A program made the position numbers and the translations under genes. A stretch of 64,000 bases of DNA from Felis catus (lineage: Eukaryota), in assembly GCF_018350175.1 (NCBI RefSeq), contig NC_058383.1, positions 20,524,001 through 20,588,000 of the forward strand, read 5' to 3'. A model generated the notes under the pieces. The model ran no database searches. It was given only the letters and a program-made list of their open reading frames with translations, and was not told the origin of the DNA. Position 1 is the first letter of the stretch, and the number at the start of each line of letters is the position of its first letter. This document shows positions 22,694 to 35,172 of this stretch, piece after piece.

Positions 22694-22937
22694 CTTATTT
22701 TTTATTTTTTTTTATTTAAAAAAAATTTTTTTTTCAACGTTTATTTATTTTTGGGACAGAGAGAGACAGAGCATGAGCGGGGGAGGGGCAGAGAGAGAGG
22801 GAGACACAGAATCGGAAACAGGCTCCAGGCTCCGAGCCATCAGCCCAGAGCCCGACGCGGGGCTCAAACTCACGGACCGCGAGATCGTGACCTGGCTGAA
22901 GTCAGACGCTCAACCGACTGCGCCACCCAGGCGCCCC
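22694..22937 (-). mobile_element. Young Can-SINE
   Basis: Near-consensus antisense SINEC_Fc-type body. Confidence 0.95.
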
Positions 22938-23389
22938 AATCTTTTTTTTAAATATACCTAGCACCGACATTCATAAGCACACATGCACGCGTGCACACGC
23001 GCACACACAATCTTATTATTTTAGATCCCCTTATCCTTTGACATTTGCCTCCCTGCTTGTCAAGTGGATCCTAAAAAAAAAAAAAAAGTCTTTCAAAACC
23101 TTCTGGTTATCTCCAAAATTGCTCTGTGGGACGGAAGGAAGCATTTGCAGAACATTCTAGAAACCAGGCTGCAGAGGGTAAAGGCGGCGTAGCCACTGGT
23201 GGCCACCCTTTTCGGTATTCGGCGCAGAGGAATCTGGGCTATAGTCTCAGCTATAGAGTCTGAGCTGTTTTGACCAGAAGATGAAGAGGAAAGGGGTAAC
23301 ATTTCAGCCGGGCCTTCAAATTTTGGTTTCCTCGGGAAGAACTGAAGGTCTGGTTGCCCACAAGACTTTTGCAGTAGAAACGAGCACTG

Positions 23390-23680
23390 GGATCACTGAA
23401 TTAATCCATTTGGCAGACAGATAGACAAGTCTTCAGCACCTACTACAGGCCAGGCATTACGCTGTGCCCTGGGGGTGGGTGAGGGGCGGAGAACGTCTGT
23501 CCCCGTGGAGCTTACACTCTAGTGAGGAGGGAGAGAGGTTCCATAAGTACACACACAGATGTATAAGACACTTCTAGAGTGCCGTAAAGGTTACTTGGGA
23601 AATAAAATAAGGTAAAATGGTAGCCTCTGACAAAAAGAGGGCCTGGCCTGGTTGTTTTTGATGGAAGACAGGGGTTGAGC
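23390..23680 (-). mobile_element. L2 3' end
   Basis: agcacctactacaggccaggcattacgctgtgccctgggg…ccccgtggagcttacactctagtgagg. Confidence 0.75.
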
Positions 23681-23884
23681 AGAAACTTCTGTCCACCTTT
23701 GTGGATCCTACCCAGAAGCCATCTGGGGAGCCCAGACAAGGAAAAGTCGTTTTGTCCTGGGCTCAGATCCATGGTAAGAAGGGCGACCGTGGACCAGGTA
23801 CAGGTAAGACAGGCGACTGAACCATGCCCAAAGTCAAGGACTGAGACGGAGACTGGGCTGGGGAATTAGAGAGATCCCAGAAGA

Positions 23885-24060
23885 GACTGTCAGTCGTGGC
23901 CTCCTACCGGAGTCACCTGGGGAACTTTCCCACATAACAAGATTTGCCCTCCAGGCCCCGGTGACTCTGATGCCATTGGTCTGGAGCGGAGCCAGGGCAC
24001 TGGCCTGTTGTACAAGCCCCTCTGGGGACTCTCTGTGGGCAGCCATGGTGAGAACCACTG
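23885..24060. mobile_element. MER5A-like MITE
   Basis: ggagtcacctggggaacttt… ending tgagaaccactg. Confidence 0.7.
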
Positions 24061-24115
24061 AGTCAAAGGACAGCCAGAAGGCTTCACATCTCTTGCTACA
24101 ATTCAAGCGAAGTTC

Positions 24116-24341
24116 TTTTTATTTATTTATTTTTTACATTTATTTATTTTTGGGAGACAGAGAAACAGAGTGTGAGCGGGGAGGGGCAGAGAGAGAGAGA
24201 GACACACACACAGAATCCAAAGCAGGCTCCAGGCTCCGAGCTGCCAGCCCTGAGCCCAATGCAGGGCTCGAACCCACAAGCGGTGAGATCATGACCGGAG
24301 CCGAAGTCGGACGCTCAACCGACTGAGCCACCCAGCGCCCC
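24116..24341 (-). mobile_element. Can-SINE
   Basis: Antisense full-length copy; diverged TSD tcaagcgaagttctt / tcaagtgacattctt. Confidence 0.93.
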
Positions 24342-24716
24342 TCAAGTGACATTCTTAATTCTCAGCTGGCCTCCCACACCTTTGCCTTCCTTTCCCTGTT
24401 GTGGTTCTTGTTTCCCCACCGACCCAGCTCCCCCACCCCCCCAGCAGTGCCGGTTCTGGCCTCTCCTTTTACAGCGAGTCTCCCCCCTACTGAGCCCAAC
24501 GCGCCTCACTTCCCCGCGCGACGCAACGTGGCATCATGGTGAGGGATCACGGCATGACGGAAGGAAGGAAGCTTCTGGCGTCACCGCAGAAGCGAGCCAT
24601 AACCTGATAGAAAGCCACGGGGGGGTTCAAAAGACTGGGCTCTACAACAACCGGGGTAGGGACAACAGTCCCACCCATTTCAAAGACCCTGAACTAAGAG
24701 TAATCGCATCTCGTAC

Positions 24717-24903
24717 CGTGGTTCTCAAAGTGGGATCCCCAAACCAGCAACATCAGCATCCCCGGGGAACCGGTGAGAAACGCAGCACCTCGGCCCCTTC
24801 AGATCTGCTGAATTAGAATCTCTGAGCGGGAGGGGCAGGAATCTGCCTTTTAACCAGCCTCCGGATAATTCCAACGGCCAGCTCACGACCGAGAATTGTT
24901 CTG
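24717..24903 (+). mobile_element. MER5A MITE
   Basis: gtggttctcaaagtggg…ccagcaacatcagcatc…gaatctgccttttaaccagcctcc. Confidence 0.85.
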
Positions 24904-26289
24904 GTGGATGTTCAAAACGATAACCATGCAAAAAAAAAATTAAATTATGCTTTGGGAAGCCTACCTCTGTGTAACGCATTTTAAACGGATTCCCATCAAC
25001 GCATCTCAAGTCCACAATCCGGTGGGCATGATAAAAGCGGTCTCCTCTTTATTTCACCTCTATTCAGTTCTGTTCATTCATTCCATAAGTAACGGGCAGC
25101 ACTGACTTCGTCCCGGGCACACAGAGCCTGCCCTCTGTGAGCAGCGGGGGGAGGCACGTGAACAAATAATTATAACACGAGTATAGAAGTCACTAGACCT
25201 CCACCAGGCCTTTGAAGCCTCGCAGAGGGAGGGGCTGACGACTCTGCCCTCCAGCACCAGGCAGGTTCCAGAAGGGGAGTGGTGGTGGGAGGGGGGAGGC
25301 GGCTTGCCCTGGGTCTGGAAAGAGGGCGATCATTCTCGAGACTCAGAGGGAGGCAGGGAGCCCAGGCAGACAAACCGGCCGGCTACGGGCACAGAGACCG
25401 CAGAGAACATGGTGTGCTCGGGTCACAGCAGGCCCCTTGAACTTCAAGGATCACCGTGTCAGAAATAGCATGTGGGGCCTGGAATCCTGGGATACGGCGA
25501 ACGCGAGAAAATGTTTTCATCAAGGTTCTGCTGCAGCAGAATCTTGCACAGGGAAAGCGCAAACCTTTCGGTCTGGGCTCACCCTTTCCCACCACTGGAT
25601 CCTCCCGCAACGCCTGTCAGCTCCAGAGATCAATATTTCTGTTTCTTCTCCTCGGCCTGTCTCTCTGTATCTCTTGTCGCGACGCTTCAAACAGGGCCTG
25701 GATCTTCCTCGGCTCGCTCCTGTCAGTGCCCGCTAGAGAGGCAAGAGTGTCATGGAAAGAGGGCCAAGGCTCGGCTGTCTTTGTTCACAATGGGACTGGG
25801 GGGGGGGGCGGGGACGGGCAAAGTAGAAGCGGAAAAGACGGGGGTGTGACGAAGAGAGTGTCATTATGGCGATCTTTTAGGGCAGGAAAGTCACTTAAAA
25901 GTCAGCTGGATCTCTCTCTCTCTCTCTTTCTGTTGTAAGTTTAAAAAAAAAGAAGGCCCAGAGAGGTCACCGATCTTCCAAAGTCACACAGCAATACTCA
26001 TATTGGTAGGCAACATGGAGTAATTAGTTGTTTCCAAACTCGAACTGCTTATTAGAAACTCCTGGGAAGCTTTTAAAAATAGATGGTTAGGCTCTCTTCA
26101 AACTGGCTGACCTAAATTTTTTTAGGGCATCTGTACTTTTTTTTTCCAGAAAGCTCCCTAGATATCCTGCTGGGTAGCCAAGTCTGACAACCACAGTGTG
26201 GGATACAAACCCCGAGCCTTGGAATGTGATGTATTAGAATTATCCTTATTCCAAGTTCTTAATTCATACTGGCAAAAGCCGTAACAGGG

Positions 26290-26760
26290 ATTCGTTGCTC
26301 ATGAAACTAAATCCAGGACGAACGACTTCAGGCATGGCTGGATCCAGGGGCTTGGCATCGTGTCATAATCTCTCTTCGCTCCTCAGCTCTCCTTCATTTG
26401 CAAGTGGTTTCTCCTCTACGGTGGCACAAATGGCCACTAATGACTCAGAGCTGACATCTTATCTCCTTCGCAATCCTGGCAGAACGAGAGCGTCTCTTAT
26501 GCAACGCCATCAAAATTATCCGGATTAGGTCTCGTTGCCCTGCCTGTCTCATACCGTATGCCCATGCCTGAATCAATCACTTGTGCTGGAGAAATGCTCT
26601 AACTGGCCAGGCTTAAACCACATGCCCGACCCTGGATCCAAAGATCTGTGGAGTCTGTCCTGAAAATAAAACAGGAATAGCTCCCAGAGGGAAAAACAGG
26701 GCTACCAGAGAAAGGAGGGAAAGATTCAGGCCAAGAAGATAAAAACCATGAGATATTCAC
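26290..26760 (-). mobile_element. Old MaLR LTR (MLT1K-like)
   Basis: cttcaggcatggctggatccagggg; tggcacaaatggcca; cctgaatcaatcacttgtg. Confidence 0.6.
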
Positions 26761-26855
26761 TACACCTGGGTCCGCATCTGGGGGGCCGTAAACGCTAGAA
26801 CGGGAACCAGAGCTCAAGTCTCCTGAGTCGTCTTCCATTAAGAATAGTACCCGGA

Positions 26856-27299
26856 GGGGCGCCTGGGTGGCGCAGTCGGTTAAGCGTCCGACTTCAGCCA
26901 GGTCACGATCTCGCAGTCCGTGAGTTCGAGCCCCGCGTCAGGCTCCGGGCTGATGACTCGGAGCCTGGAGCCTGTTTCCAATTCTGTGTCTCCCTCTCTC
27001 TCTGCCGCTCCCCCGTTCATGCTCCGTCTCTCTCTGTCCCAAAAATAAATAAATGTTAAAAAAAAAAATTAAGGGGCGCCTGGGTGGCCCAGTCGGTTAA
27101 GCGTCCGACTTCAGCCAGGTCACGATCTCGCGGTCCGTGAGTTCGAGCCCCGCGTCAGGCTCTGGGCTGATGGCTCGGAGCCTGGAGCCTGTTTCCAATT
27201 CTGTGTCTCCCTCTCTCTCTGCCGCTCCCCCGTTCATGCTCTGTCTCTCTCTGTCCCAAAAATAAATAAACGTTGAAAAAAAGAATTATAAAAAAAAAA
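26856..27299 (+). mobile_element. Tandem pair of young Can-SINEs (26856-27072, 27073-27299) within one TSD
   Basis: TSD aagaatagtacccgga at 26840-26855 and 27300-27315. Confidence 0.96.
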
Positions 27300-27454
27300 A
27301 AGAATAGTACCCGGAGAAGGTGACAGATGCTTAAATATTACCGAATCTCATCACCAAGCGAGATCCTGCATTGACTCTTGGCTCTAATTGAGTGGCTAGA
27401 CTTTAAGGACACCCTGAACACGGGCCTCATAAAATCACAGCATCAGATGTTCCC

Positions 27455-27839
27455 TCCTCTGTTTGAAACATTGCTGGTTGCCCCCCACCCGCACCCCCCA
27501 GCATTTATTCTATCCCCGCAATAGAGCTTCAGGGGACACACTGCCCAGCCTGTCTTGTAGCTATGTGTGGTCACGTGATATGAAGGAGCCAATGCTAAGG
27601 TGATGGGGCAGGGGCCCCTCTTATCTCTGGTTCTTTCGTACTTGATGGGAGGAGCAAAATGGGGCAGCGGATGTGGACCACAAGAGGAACCTTCATGTTG
27701 AAGGGCAGCACAGCCACGGCCCAGCCTGGTGACCACCTGGGCTGCTCTGTGAGAGAAAAAGGAAACTCAGCATTTTGTTGAAGCCACCTTAATTTGGAGC
27801 CTCTCTGATGCAGCAGCCTCGCCTTGCCCTAACTAATCA
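27455..27839 (+). mobile_element. MaLR LTR (MLT1J-like)
   Basis: cccagcctgtcttgtagctatgtgtggtcacgtga motif; end ttgttgaagccac…ccctaactaatca. Confidence 0.65.
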
Positions 27840-28183
27840 ACTATCCTTATAACTCACCCAAATCCTTTCCCTTCAGCACCTTTCAAGCTACGGTCTCCAT
27901 TCTATCAGTGCCCGATTTTCCAATTCGCTGGCGGCTTATCTCGTGACATGTGCCTCAGGACCTTGGCTCTGCAGGTCTACTTTCCAGATGGCAAAAGAAT
28001 AAAGGCCACAGTCCTATCACCACTTAGCGCTGGGGAGGGGGATCAGAACACAGATTCCCTTGCCTCCCACCAGTTCTTGGAATTCATTTCTAAATAACTT
28101 CACCTCAAGAGACAGCCTTCCCAGACACTGTGCTGGCCTCCTCATGGCCATGAGATTGTCAGGGATCTCTGAAACACAGATGA

Positions 28184-28415
28184 GGGGCGCCTGGGTGGCT
28201 TGGTCGGTTGGGCGTCTGACTTCGGCTCAGGTCATGATCTCACGGTCCGTGAGTTCGAGCCCTGCGTTGGGCTCTGTGCTGACAGCTCAGAGCCTGGAGC
28301 CTGCTTCCGATTCTGGGTCTCTCTCTCTCTCTCTGCTCCTCCCCAGTTCATGCTCTGTCTCTCTCTGTCTCAAAAATAAATAAACGTTAAGAAAAAATTA
28401 AAATAAAATAAAATA
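28184..28415 (+). mobile_element. Can-SINE
   Basis: TSD aaacacagatga at 28172-28183 and 28416-28427. Confidence 0.95.
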
Positions 28416-28767
28416 AAACACAGATGAAATCTCCCTCTATTTAATGCATAGGAAAAGGAGACACCCCCCCACACACACACCTCCGCAAGGCAAAACCCGC
28501 TGATTTATGTAATGTTCTCTTTGGGGGCTTTTCTCCACAGTGAGGTAGAGTGAGGGGTTTATCAGCTGGACCCGAGGGGGTTCATGAACCAGAAGAGAAG
28601 GAGACGACTGTGACAGATAGCATTGTAGTGAAAATATCTGTACATAGATTTTTTTTTCTTTTCTTGAATTACATCTACAAAATTTTCCAAGGACATATGT
28701 ACATGCATATGTGTATATGTGTATATTTGCGTGTGTGTATATAGATTTGTATGGATATATATTTGTG

Positions 28768-28990
28768 TTTTTTTTTAATTTTTTTTAAATGTTTATTTAT
28801 TTTTGAAGGAGAGAGAGACAGAGTGCAAGTAGGGGAAAGGCAGAGAGAGAGGGACACACAGAATCCGAAGCCGGCTCCAGGCTCTGAGCTGTCAGCACAG
28901 AGCCCGACGTGGGGCTTGAACTCACGAGCCATGAGATCATGACCTGAGCCGAAGTAGGACGCTTAACGGACTGAGCCACCCAGGAACCCC
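28768..28990 (-). mobile_element. Can-SINE
   Basis: Antisense full-length copy. Confidence 0.93.
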
Positions 28991-29870
28991 TCTAGGTATA
29001 TGCTTTTAACTTTGCTGTCCAAAGGAGACTACTGACTTGCAATGCTATTTATATATTATTTAAAATGTATTTTAGTATTTAAAATGTATTTAAACGCATG
29101 TGTATGTTGTGCCCACACATGCACGCGCACGCACACACAGACATTCAAACACACATCCATGCAGGCCACAAAGTAGACTCGTTAGATTTCTTTGGATCCT
29201 ACTGAGGAGGAACCTCCGTGTCCCGTCTTTCATTACTGTCCACTTCTCTGTCCAAGTGACAACGACGATGAGTGTAAAATCCACAATAAATATGACAAAC
29301 AGACTTACTGAGAACTGACTGATGTACGTTAGGCTCAACGCTAAGTTCTTTGTGTCCAAGACGTTGCAAAAAGAGCGGGACAATTATGAATCCCAGTTTA
29401 AAAATCCCGGACCGAAGTAAATACAAGTTGAGTGACTCATCCTGTCGGCAAGGGCACGCGGGGAGCGGGACGCCATGTCTGAAGTTAAAGCTCTACCCAC
29501 GGGAGACAAAGAATACAAGCCACCGTGGCCAGACTTTCTCCACGCAGCCACGTGGTGCGGGCACCGAGGGCCCCATGGAGATGTTTCACCAGCTCGTTTG
29601 GATGAGGCCAATACTCCTTTCTGGCAGAGGGCACTCCCTAAGCATTCGAGGAGGTGACACGTCCTTCTTCAATACTGGGGTACCCACCATCTGCAGGCCC
29701 GGGGGCAGAAGCTACGTTCACGGTTATTCACATTCTTACTGTTTTCAACCATCTCAAGTATTGGAAGGATACCGCATTGTATTTTTCAAACTTCAGCTAT
29801 TTCCCGCATAACACCAGTATCATTTGGCATAATTATGCACTATCTATGCTGCAGTATTAATGATGTTATT

Positions 29871-30534
29871 TTTTTTTAATTTTTTAACGTTTTTATTTAT
29901 TTTTAAATTTTTTTTTCAACGTTTATTTATTTTTGGGACAGAGAGAGACAGAGCATGAACGGGCGAGGGGCAGAGAGAGAGGGAGACACAGAATCGGAAA
30001 CAGGCTCCAGGCTCTGAGCCATCAGCCCAGAGCCCGACGCGGGGCTCGAACTCACGGACCGCGAGATCGTGACCTGGCTGAAGTCGGACGCTTAACCGAC
30101 TGTGCCACCCAGGCGCCCCATGTTTTTATTTATTTTTGAGACAGAGAGAGACAGAGCATGAACGGGAGAGGGTCAGAGAGAGAGGGAGACACAGAATCAG
30201 AAACAGGCTCCAGGCTCTGAGCTGTCAGCACAGAGCCCGACGCGGGGCTTGAACTCCCGGACCGCGAGATCGTGACCTGAGCCGAAGTCGGACGCTCAAC
30301 CGACTGAGCCACCCAGGCGCCCCAGTGATGTTATTATTTTACATTTTAGAGACAGAGAGAGAGAGCACGTGCATGAAAGGGGGAGAGGAGCAAAGGGGAG
30401 AGAGAGAGACAGAGACAGAGAGAATCTTAAGCGGGCTCCATGATGACACGGGGCTCGATCCCACAACCCTGGGATCATGACATGAGCCGAAATCAAGAGT
30501 CGAACGCTCAACCGATTGAGCCACCCAGGTGCCC
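29871..30534 (-). mobile_element. Three stacked Can-SINEs (29905-30119 inside 29871-30323, itself at the tail of 30336-30534)
   Basis: Three antisense bodies; TSDs gtttttatttattttt (29889-29904, 30122-30137) and tgatgttatt (29861-29870, 30326-30335). Confidence 0.92.
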
Positions 30535-30746
30535 AACGATATGATTACTAATATCGTAATATTTATGCAATCATAGTAATGCCACTTACGGGATGCGTAT
30601 TAAGTGGTTACCATGTATCGGCTCATTTTAAGTCACTACAAATCTCTATGCTACCATTCCCATTCTCAAATAAAGAAACCAGGGACACAGCTTAAATAAC
30701 TTGTCTAAGGTCACAGGGCTGAGAAGGGGTAGAGAGCCTGTCTCTT

Positions 30747-30854
30747 TTTTTAATGTTTTTATTTATATTGAGAGAGAGAAAAACAGAGCGAGAGCTGGGC
30801 AAGGGCAGAGAGGGAGAGGGAGACACAGAATGGGAAATAGGCTCCAGGAGGTAC
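30747..30854 (-). mobile_element. 5'-truncated Can-SINE
   Basis: 3' part only; TSD agcctgtctctt at 30735-30746 and 30855-30866. Confidence 0.85.
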
Positions 30855-31499
30855 AGCCTGTCTCTTAATCATTCAACCCAACTGCTGCTACAATCTGGTT
30901 ATATTTTCCTTAATCTGAATAACCTTTTTTTCCCCTTTTTACCCATATATCTCTCTTAAGTCTCCTACTCAGCTCAAGATCCATGAACCACATGTTTGCT
31001 GGGTCACTTATTTTTTTTCCTGAAACACATTAAAATAAATACACAGTTACTACAATAAATGTGGTGGCCATAAACTCAGTCTATCCAGTGACAGAAGCAT
31101 GGGTGTGTGCTCTGGAAAATTCTGATGAGGGAGAAAGCCCTCGACACTGCTTTAACGTCCTACATTCAAGCCCTGACCCTTCCGCCTGCCAAGTGGGCGA
31201 CTACGGGCTGTCTCTTCACCTCTGTGTGCCTTTCTTCTGGAACATGGGAACTAGAACACGTGTCTCTGAGTGGGGATAAGGAGGGATGACGTTTATATGA
31301 GAAAAATTATGAAAACCCCTAATACCATGCTTCACACAGGGCGATTTGCAAACAAAACAAAACAAAACAAAACAAAACAGACGAACTACACTAGAGAATG
31401 CCTGTTCTGGGGCCAAACCTGACCAACACCTTTTGAATACATACACCTTCAAATCCCCACTCTCATAACAGACCCGCAAGATACAATATCTCCATTTTA

Positions 31500-31723
31500 T
31501 TTTTTTTTTAATTTTTTTTTCAACGTTTATTTATTTTCGGGACAGAGAGAGACAGAGCATGAATGGGGGAGGGGCAGAGAAAGAGGGAGACACAGAATCG
31601 GAAACAGGCTCCAGGCTCTGAGCCGTCAGCCCAGAGCCCGACGCGGGGCTCGAACTCCCGGACCGCGAGATCGTGACCTGGCTGAAGTCAGACGCTTAAC
31701 CGACTGCGCCACCCAGGCGCCCC
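31500..31723 (-). mobile_element. Young Can-SINE inside a MIR
   Basis: TSD acaatatctccatttta at 31483-31499 and 31724-31740. Confidence 0.96.
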
Positions 31724-33058
31724 ACAATATCTCCATTTTAAAAGCAGAGAAATAGAATCTAAGAAGCTGACAAACTTATGCAGAAGGACACAGCCCACAA
31801 GGGAGGTAGTCAAGATTTGAATCTGGATCTGCTTGTATCCGGATTATTATTTCCAAACGGCACTCGTTCATCCGTCTGGTATTTTCTTCCATGGCACAAA
31901 CGGGCATGACTGAGCCGTGTTCCAGACGCTGAACAAGGCACTGAACAGAAAATAATATGATAGGGACCCTGCCAGTGGGGTGGGCAAAATTTGGTGCCGG
32001 AGGCAGAAGGTCATCAAATAATCACGGTTCTGAGTGGCAAAGCTTGTAAACGAGATCTTCCCGGGATGCTCTGGGGCCCAGAGGTGATCGCCGGACCAGC
32101 AGGACAGACGGGCACCAGGCAAATTCCGCTCACGGTCCTCACAGCGGTTGGTTTCCCAGGCTGGACATAGATGGTCTTTACTGGGCTGATGGAGGGGACC
32201 GTAAAGGGCCTCCTTCCGTCCAGTGGAGGCAGGGTCGTGTGCAGGTGACAGGCAGGGGAACCACCACCTTGGCTCCTGGTCACTCATCACGTCACTGAGG
32301 GAAATGCGTCCAGCGAAAGTCTGAAGCTGGATCATCCATCTGGGGACAAGCAGCTCCCCCAACCCCCACAGCAGGAATGCTAAAGCCCTTTTGGTGCACT
32401 TACCCAGTAGATAATGGGAGCTATCAAATGCTATAAAACAGACAGGATGCAAGAATAGCTCTGGCCTTTACAAAGATCATTCTGGGAGAATTGCGGAAAA
32501 TGGAGACACACAGTTGGAAGACCAGAGGTCAGGGAGCTCAGACCGTGGCAGACTCACCTGTTCCGATGCTTTCAAAAAATGGGCAAAGTCGGGTTGTGAA
32601 AACGAGACCAGACTTCCATTTTATTTACTCTGAGGAAGAACTCAGAAGCTGGACATTTTCAGTGAAAAAGCCAAGGCTCTTTCCAGCTGCAACAGATGGA
32701 GAACAACTCTGTGGCCAGAAGGAACTTTCTGTGTTCAGGTGACTCAAAGCACAGGGTTAATTAAGTTTTGGATCAGGCTTCCTCCAAAGGCGTAGGTAAC
32801 GTCTTCAGAAATACGACCACGTCACAACTGCTTTCCTCCGCATTAGACCCACTTCAGGTGAACTTCTTCCTCACGTTGACAGCGTGGTTGCCAATAGATC
32901 TAGGCCTACAGTTTTCTCCGAACCTCTGGCAGACAGTGGGCTTCTGCTCCCGAGTGGTGTCGTCAACCCCACTTAAGCCAAATATTGCCGGGGAAAGGGT
33001 GCAAAATCATTAGCAAGAGGAAAATCAGAGTAGTGTTTTATTTTTTTGTCCGTTTTTT

Positions 33059-33275
33059 TAAATTTTTTGGTAACGTTTTATTTATTTTTGAGACAGAGAG
33101 AGACAGAGCATGAACGGGGGAGGGGTAGAGAGAGAGGGAGACACAGAATCGGAAGCAGGCTCCAGGCTCCCAGCCATCCGCCCAGAGCCCGATGCGGGGC
33201 ACGAACCCATGGACCGCGAGACCGTGACCTGAGCTGAAGTCGGACGCTTAACCGACTGAGCCACCCAGGCTCCCC
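33059..33275 (-). mobile_element. Can-SINE
   Basis: TSD tttttgtccgtttttt at 33043-33058 and 33276-33291. Confidence 0.95.
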
Positions 33276-33423
33276 TTTTTGTCCGTTTTTTGATAGTGGT
33301 GGCAGCGGCTGTGGTGGTCAGTTGTTTTTGTTTTACTTAAAGAAGAGACAACAGATACTAGGTAAGCAGCATCAACCCATGTGCGCTGTAATAATGCGCA
33401 TTCTTTCGGTAGGCTGGTGCTGT

Positions 33424-33615
33424 CCGTGGTTCTGAACCACGGGCAATTCTGCACCACCGGCCCCCGGGGGCACTGAGCCCTGTCTGAGGACAATTTTGCT
33501 TTCCACAACCTGGACCGGGAGGGACCACGGGCATTCAGAGGCCAGGGACACTGCTAAACACGCAACAATGCACAGTACGGTTCAACAAAGTTGAACAACG
33601 AAGTTATCTAGTTCA
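33424..33615 (+). mobile_element. MER20-like hAT element
   Basis: gtggttctgaaccacgggcaattctgc…tgtctggaggacaattttg…gaggccagggacactgctaaaca…acaatgcacag. Confidence 0.8.
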
Positions 33616-35172
33616 GTGGAGTAATAGGATATTAACTCAGGGGCTCCTGGGTGAGCTTAAAATACACCCCAGAAGCACAGGGTAAGGTCACCTGAGTCAC
33701 CTTGGGTTCAGGGAAGGTTCCAGAGAGGTGACATTGAAGCCGAAGTTTATGGAGGAGTTATCCTGGGGGAGTAGGGGTGAAGGGCAGGCAGAGAAAGCAT
33801 GAGAAACGCCTCAGAGGTGAGACCGATTCCAACGGTGAGGGCTTGCCGACTTCCCACTCTGCAAGATGGGAAGACGGGCTCGGGACAAGAAAGTGTTGGA
33901 TTTTCCGGCTCTGTGGGTGGACTGCCCAGGCACTCAGTCTGGGGCCCGACCCATCTGTCTTGACATTTCCACCTCGCCAGAAGTGAATGATTTCCCACTC
34001 GCTTCTGGGGGGACGTATTTTTCCTCCAAAACCATGATCTGTAAAATTAGATGTCTCCAGCAGCGACGCTCTCTGAAGGGAAGTAGGCATGTTCTGGGCC
34101 CAGGCTGGAAAGGCTGTGTGTTTCTGTCTCCTGCCAGGAAAGCTGGATGGAACCCAGACACAGCTACTGCCAGAGACATTTGGGAGAAACAGTGGGTGTG
34201 AAAGACACTGGTTTTTAGTACAGGACAGGCTTACATCTCTGATGCCTTGGGTGTAAGAACACTCAGAAGGCTCGTAAGACGGTTTGGGTTAGCAATAAAA
34301 AGAGGGCCCGGGTGCTGCAGAATTTTAATGTGGCCTAGGAAACCCTGGGTGAGCCAACGTCTCTTTGCTTCTTTGTCCTCGCGTTCTGTCCCTTGCACTG
34401 CCCCCAGTCACACTGAAATCCTTTTACTTCCTTCAAGCCACCCTACTGTCCCTCAATTTTAAGGCATCTCTGCCTGTGCAAGGGATATAGGAAGATTCTT
34501 CCCCTGGGACTTCCCCTGGGACCCAACTCCACTCAGCTCAAATGGCCTTTCCTGGCCCAGCCCATGTTCTGAAAAGAGCTTCTGTTTTATATGTTCATCC
34601 GCAGGACACTCTGTGGCTTAATGCCTCTCTTTCCCTAGCGTGCTGTATCCGGGGTCGACATTTTATACCTGGTGTAGCGCCATCATAGTGGAAGGCCACT
34701 TGACCCAAGTGACATTTCCCCCAACAATTTATTACGGCATTCTTCAAAAACGCACAAAGTTGGAAGAATTCTACAGTGAACACGCATACACCCATCACCT
34801 CGATTCAATCATTAACACCTTATTATACCTGCCTAATCACATATCAATCCTCTAAATCCTCTGCCCATCATTCAATCCATCCATCACCCTTTCGTTTTGC
34901 TTTGTTTTGTGTTTTGTTTTATTTGTTTTGTTTTTTTGAAACTGAATCAGATTTAAAGAGAGCAAGTAGTAAGCCTTGGGTGGGCTGAAACGCCAAGATT
35001 TCAAGTCTCTCCGCTGCATTAGTCAACACCAATTATTCTGAGCCTGACACACGATTCATACCTGAAATCAACGTATTTAGTTCTGAAGAGTTTGGGTGCA
35101 CAGCAAGCTGTGGATTCTGCTCAGGAACTGCTTTCCAGCCTAATTTGAGTTGGGTCTACAGGAACAAACAGA

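Noticed and set aside
31868..32452. 194-aa minus-strand ORF in non-repeat DNA
   Set aside because: Non-ATG start, no recognisable protein motif and no supporting exon structure; plausible by chance in GC-rich DNA. BLASTP or PhyloCSF would settle it.
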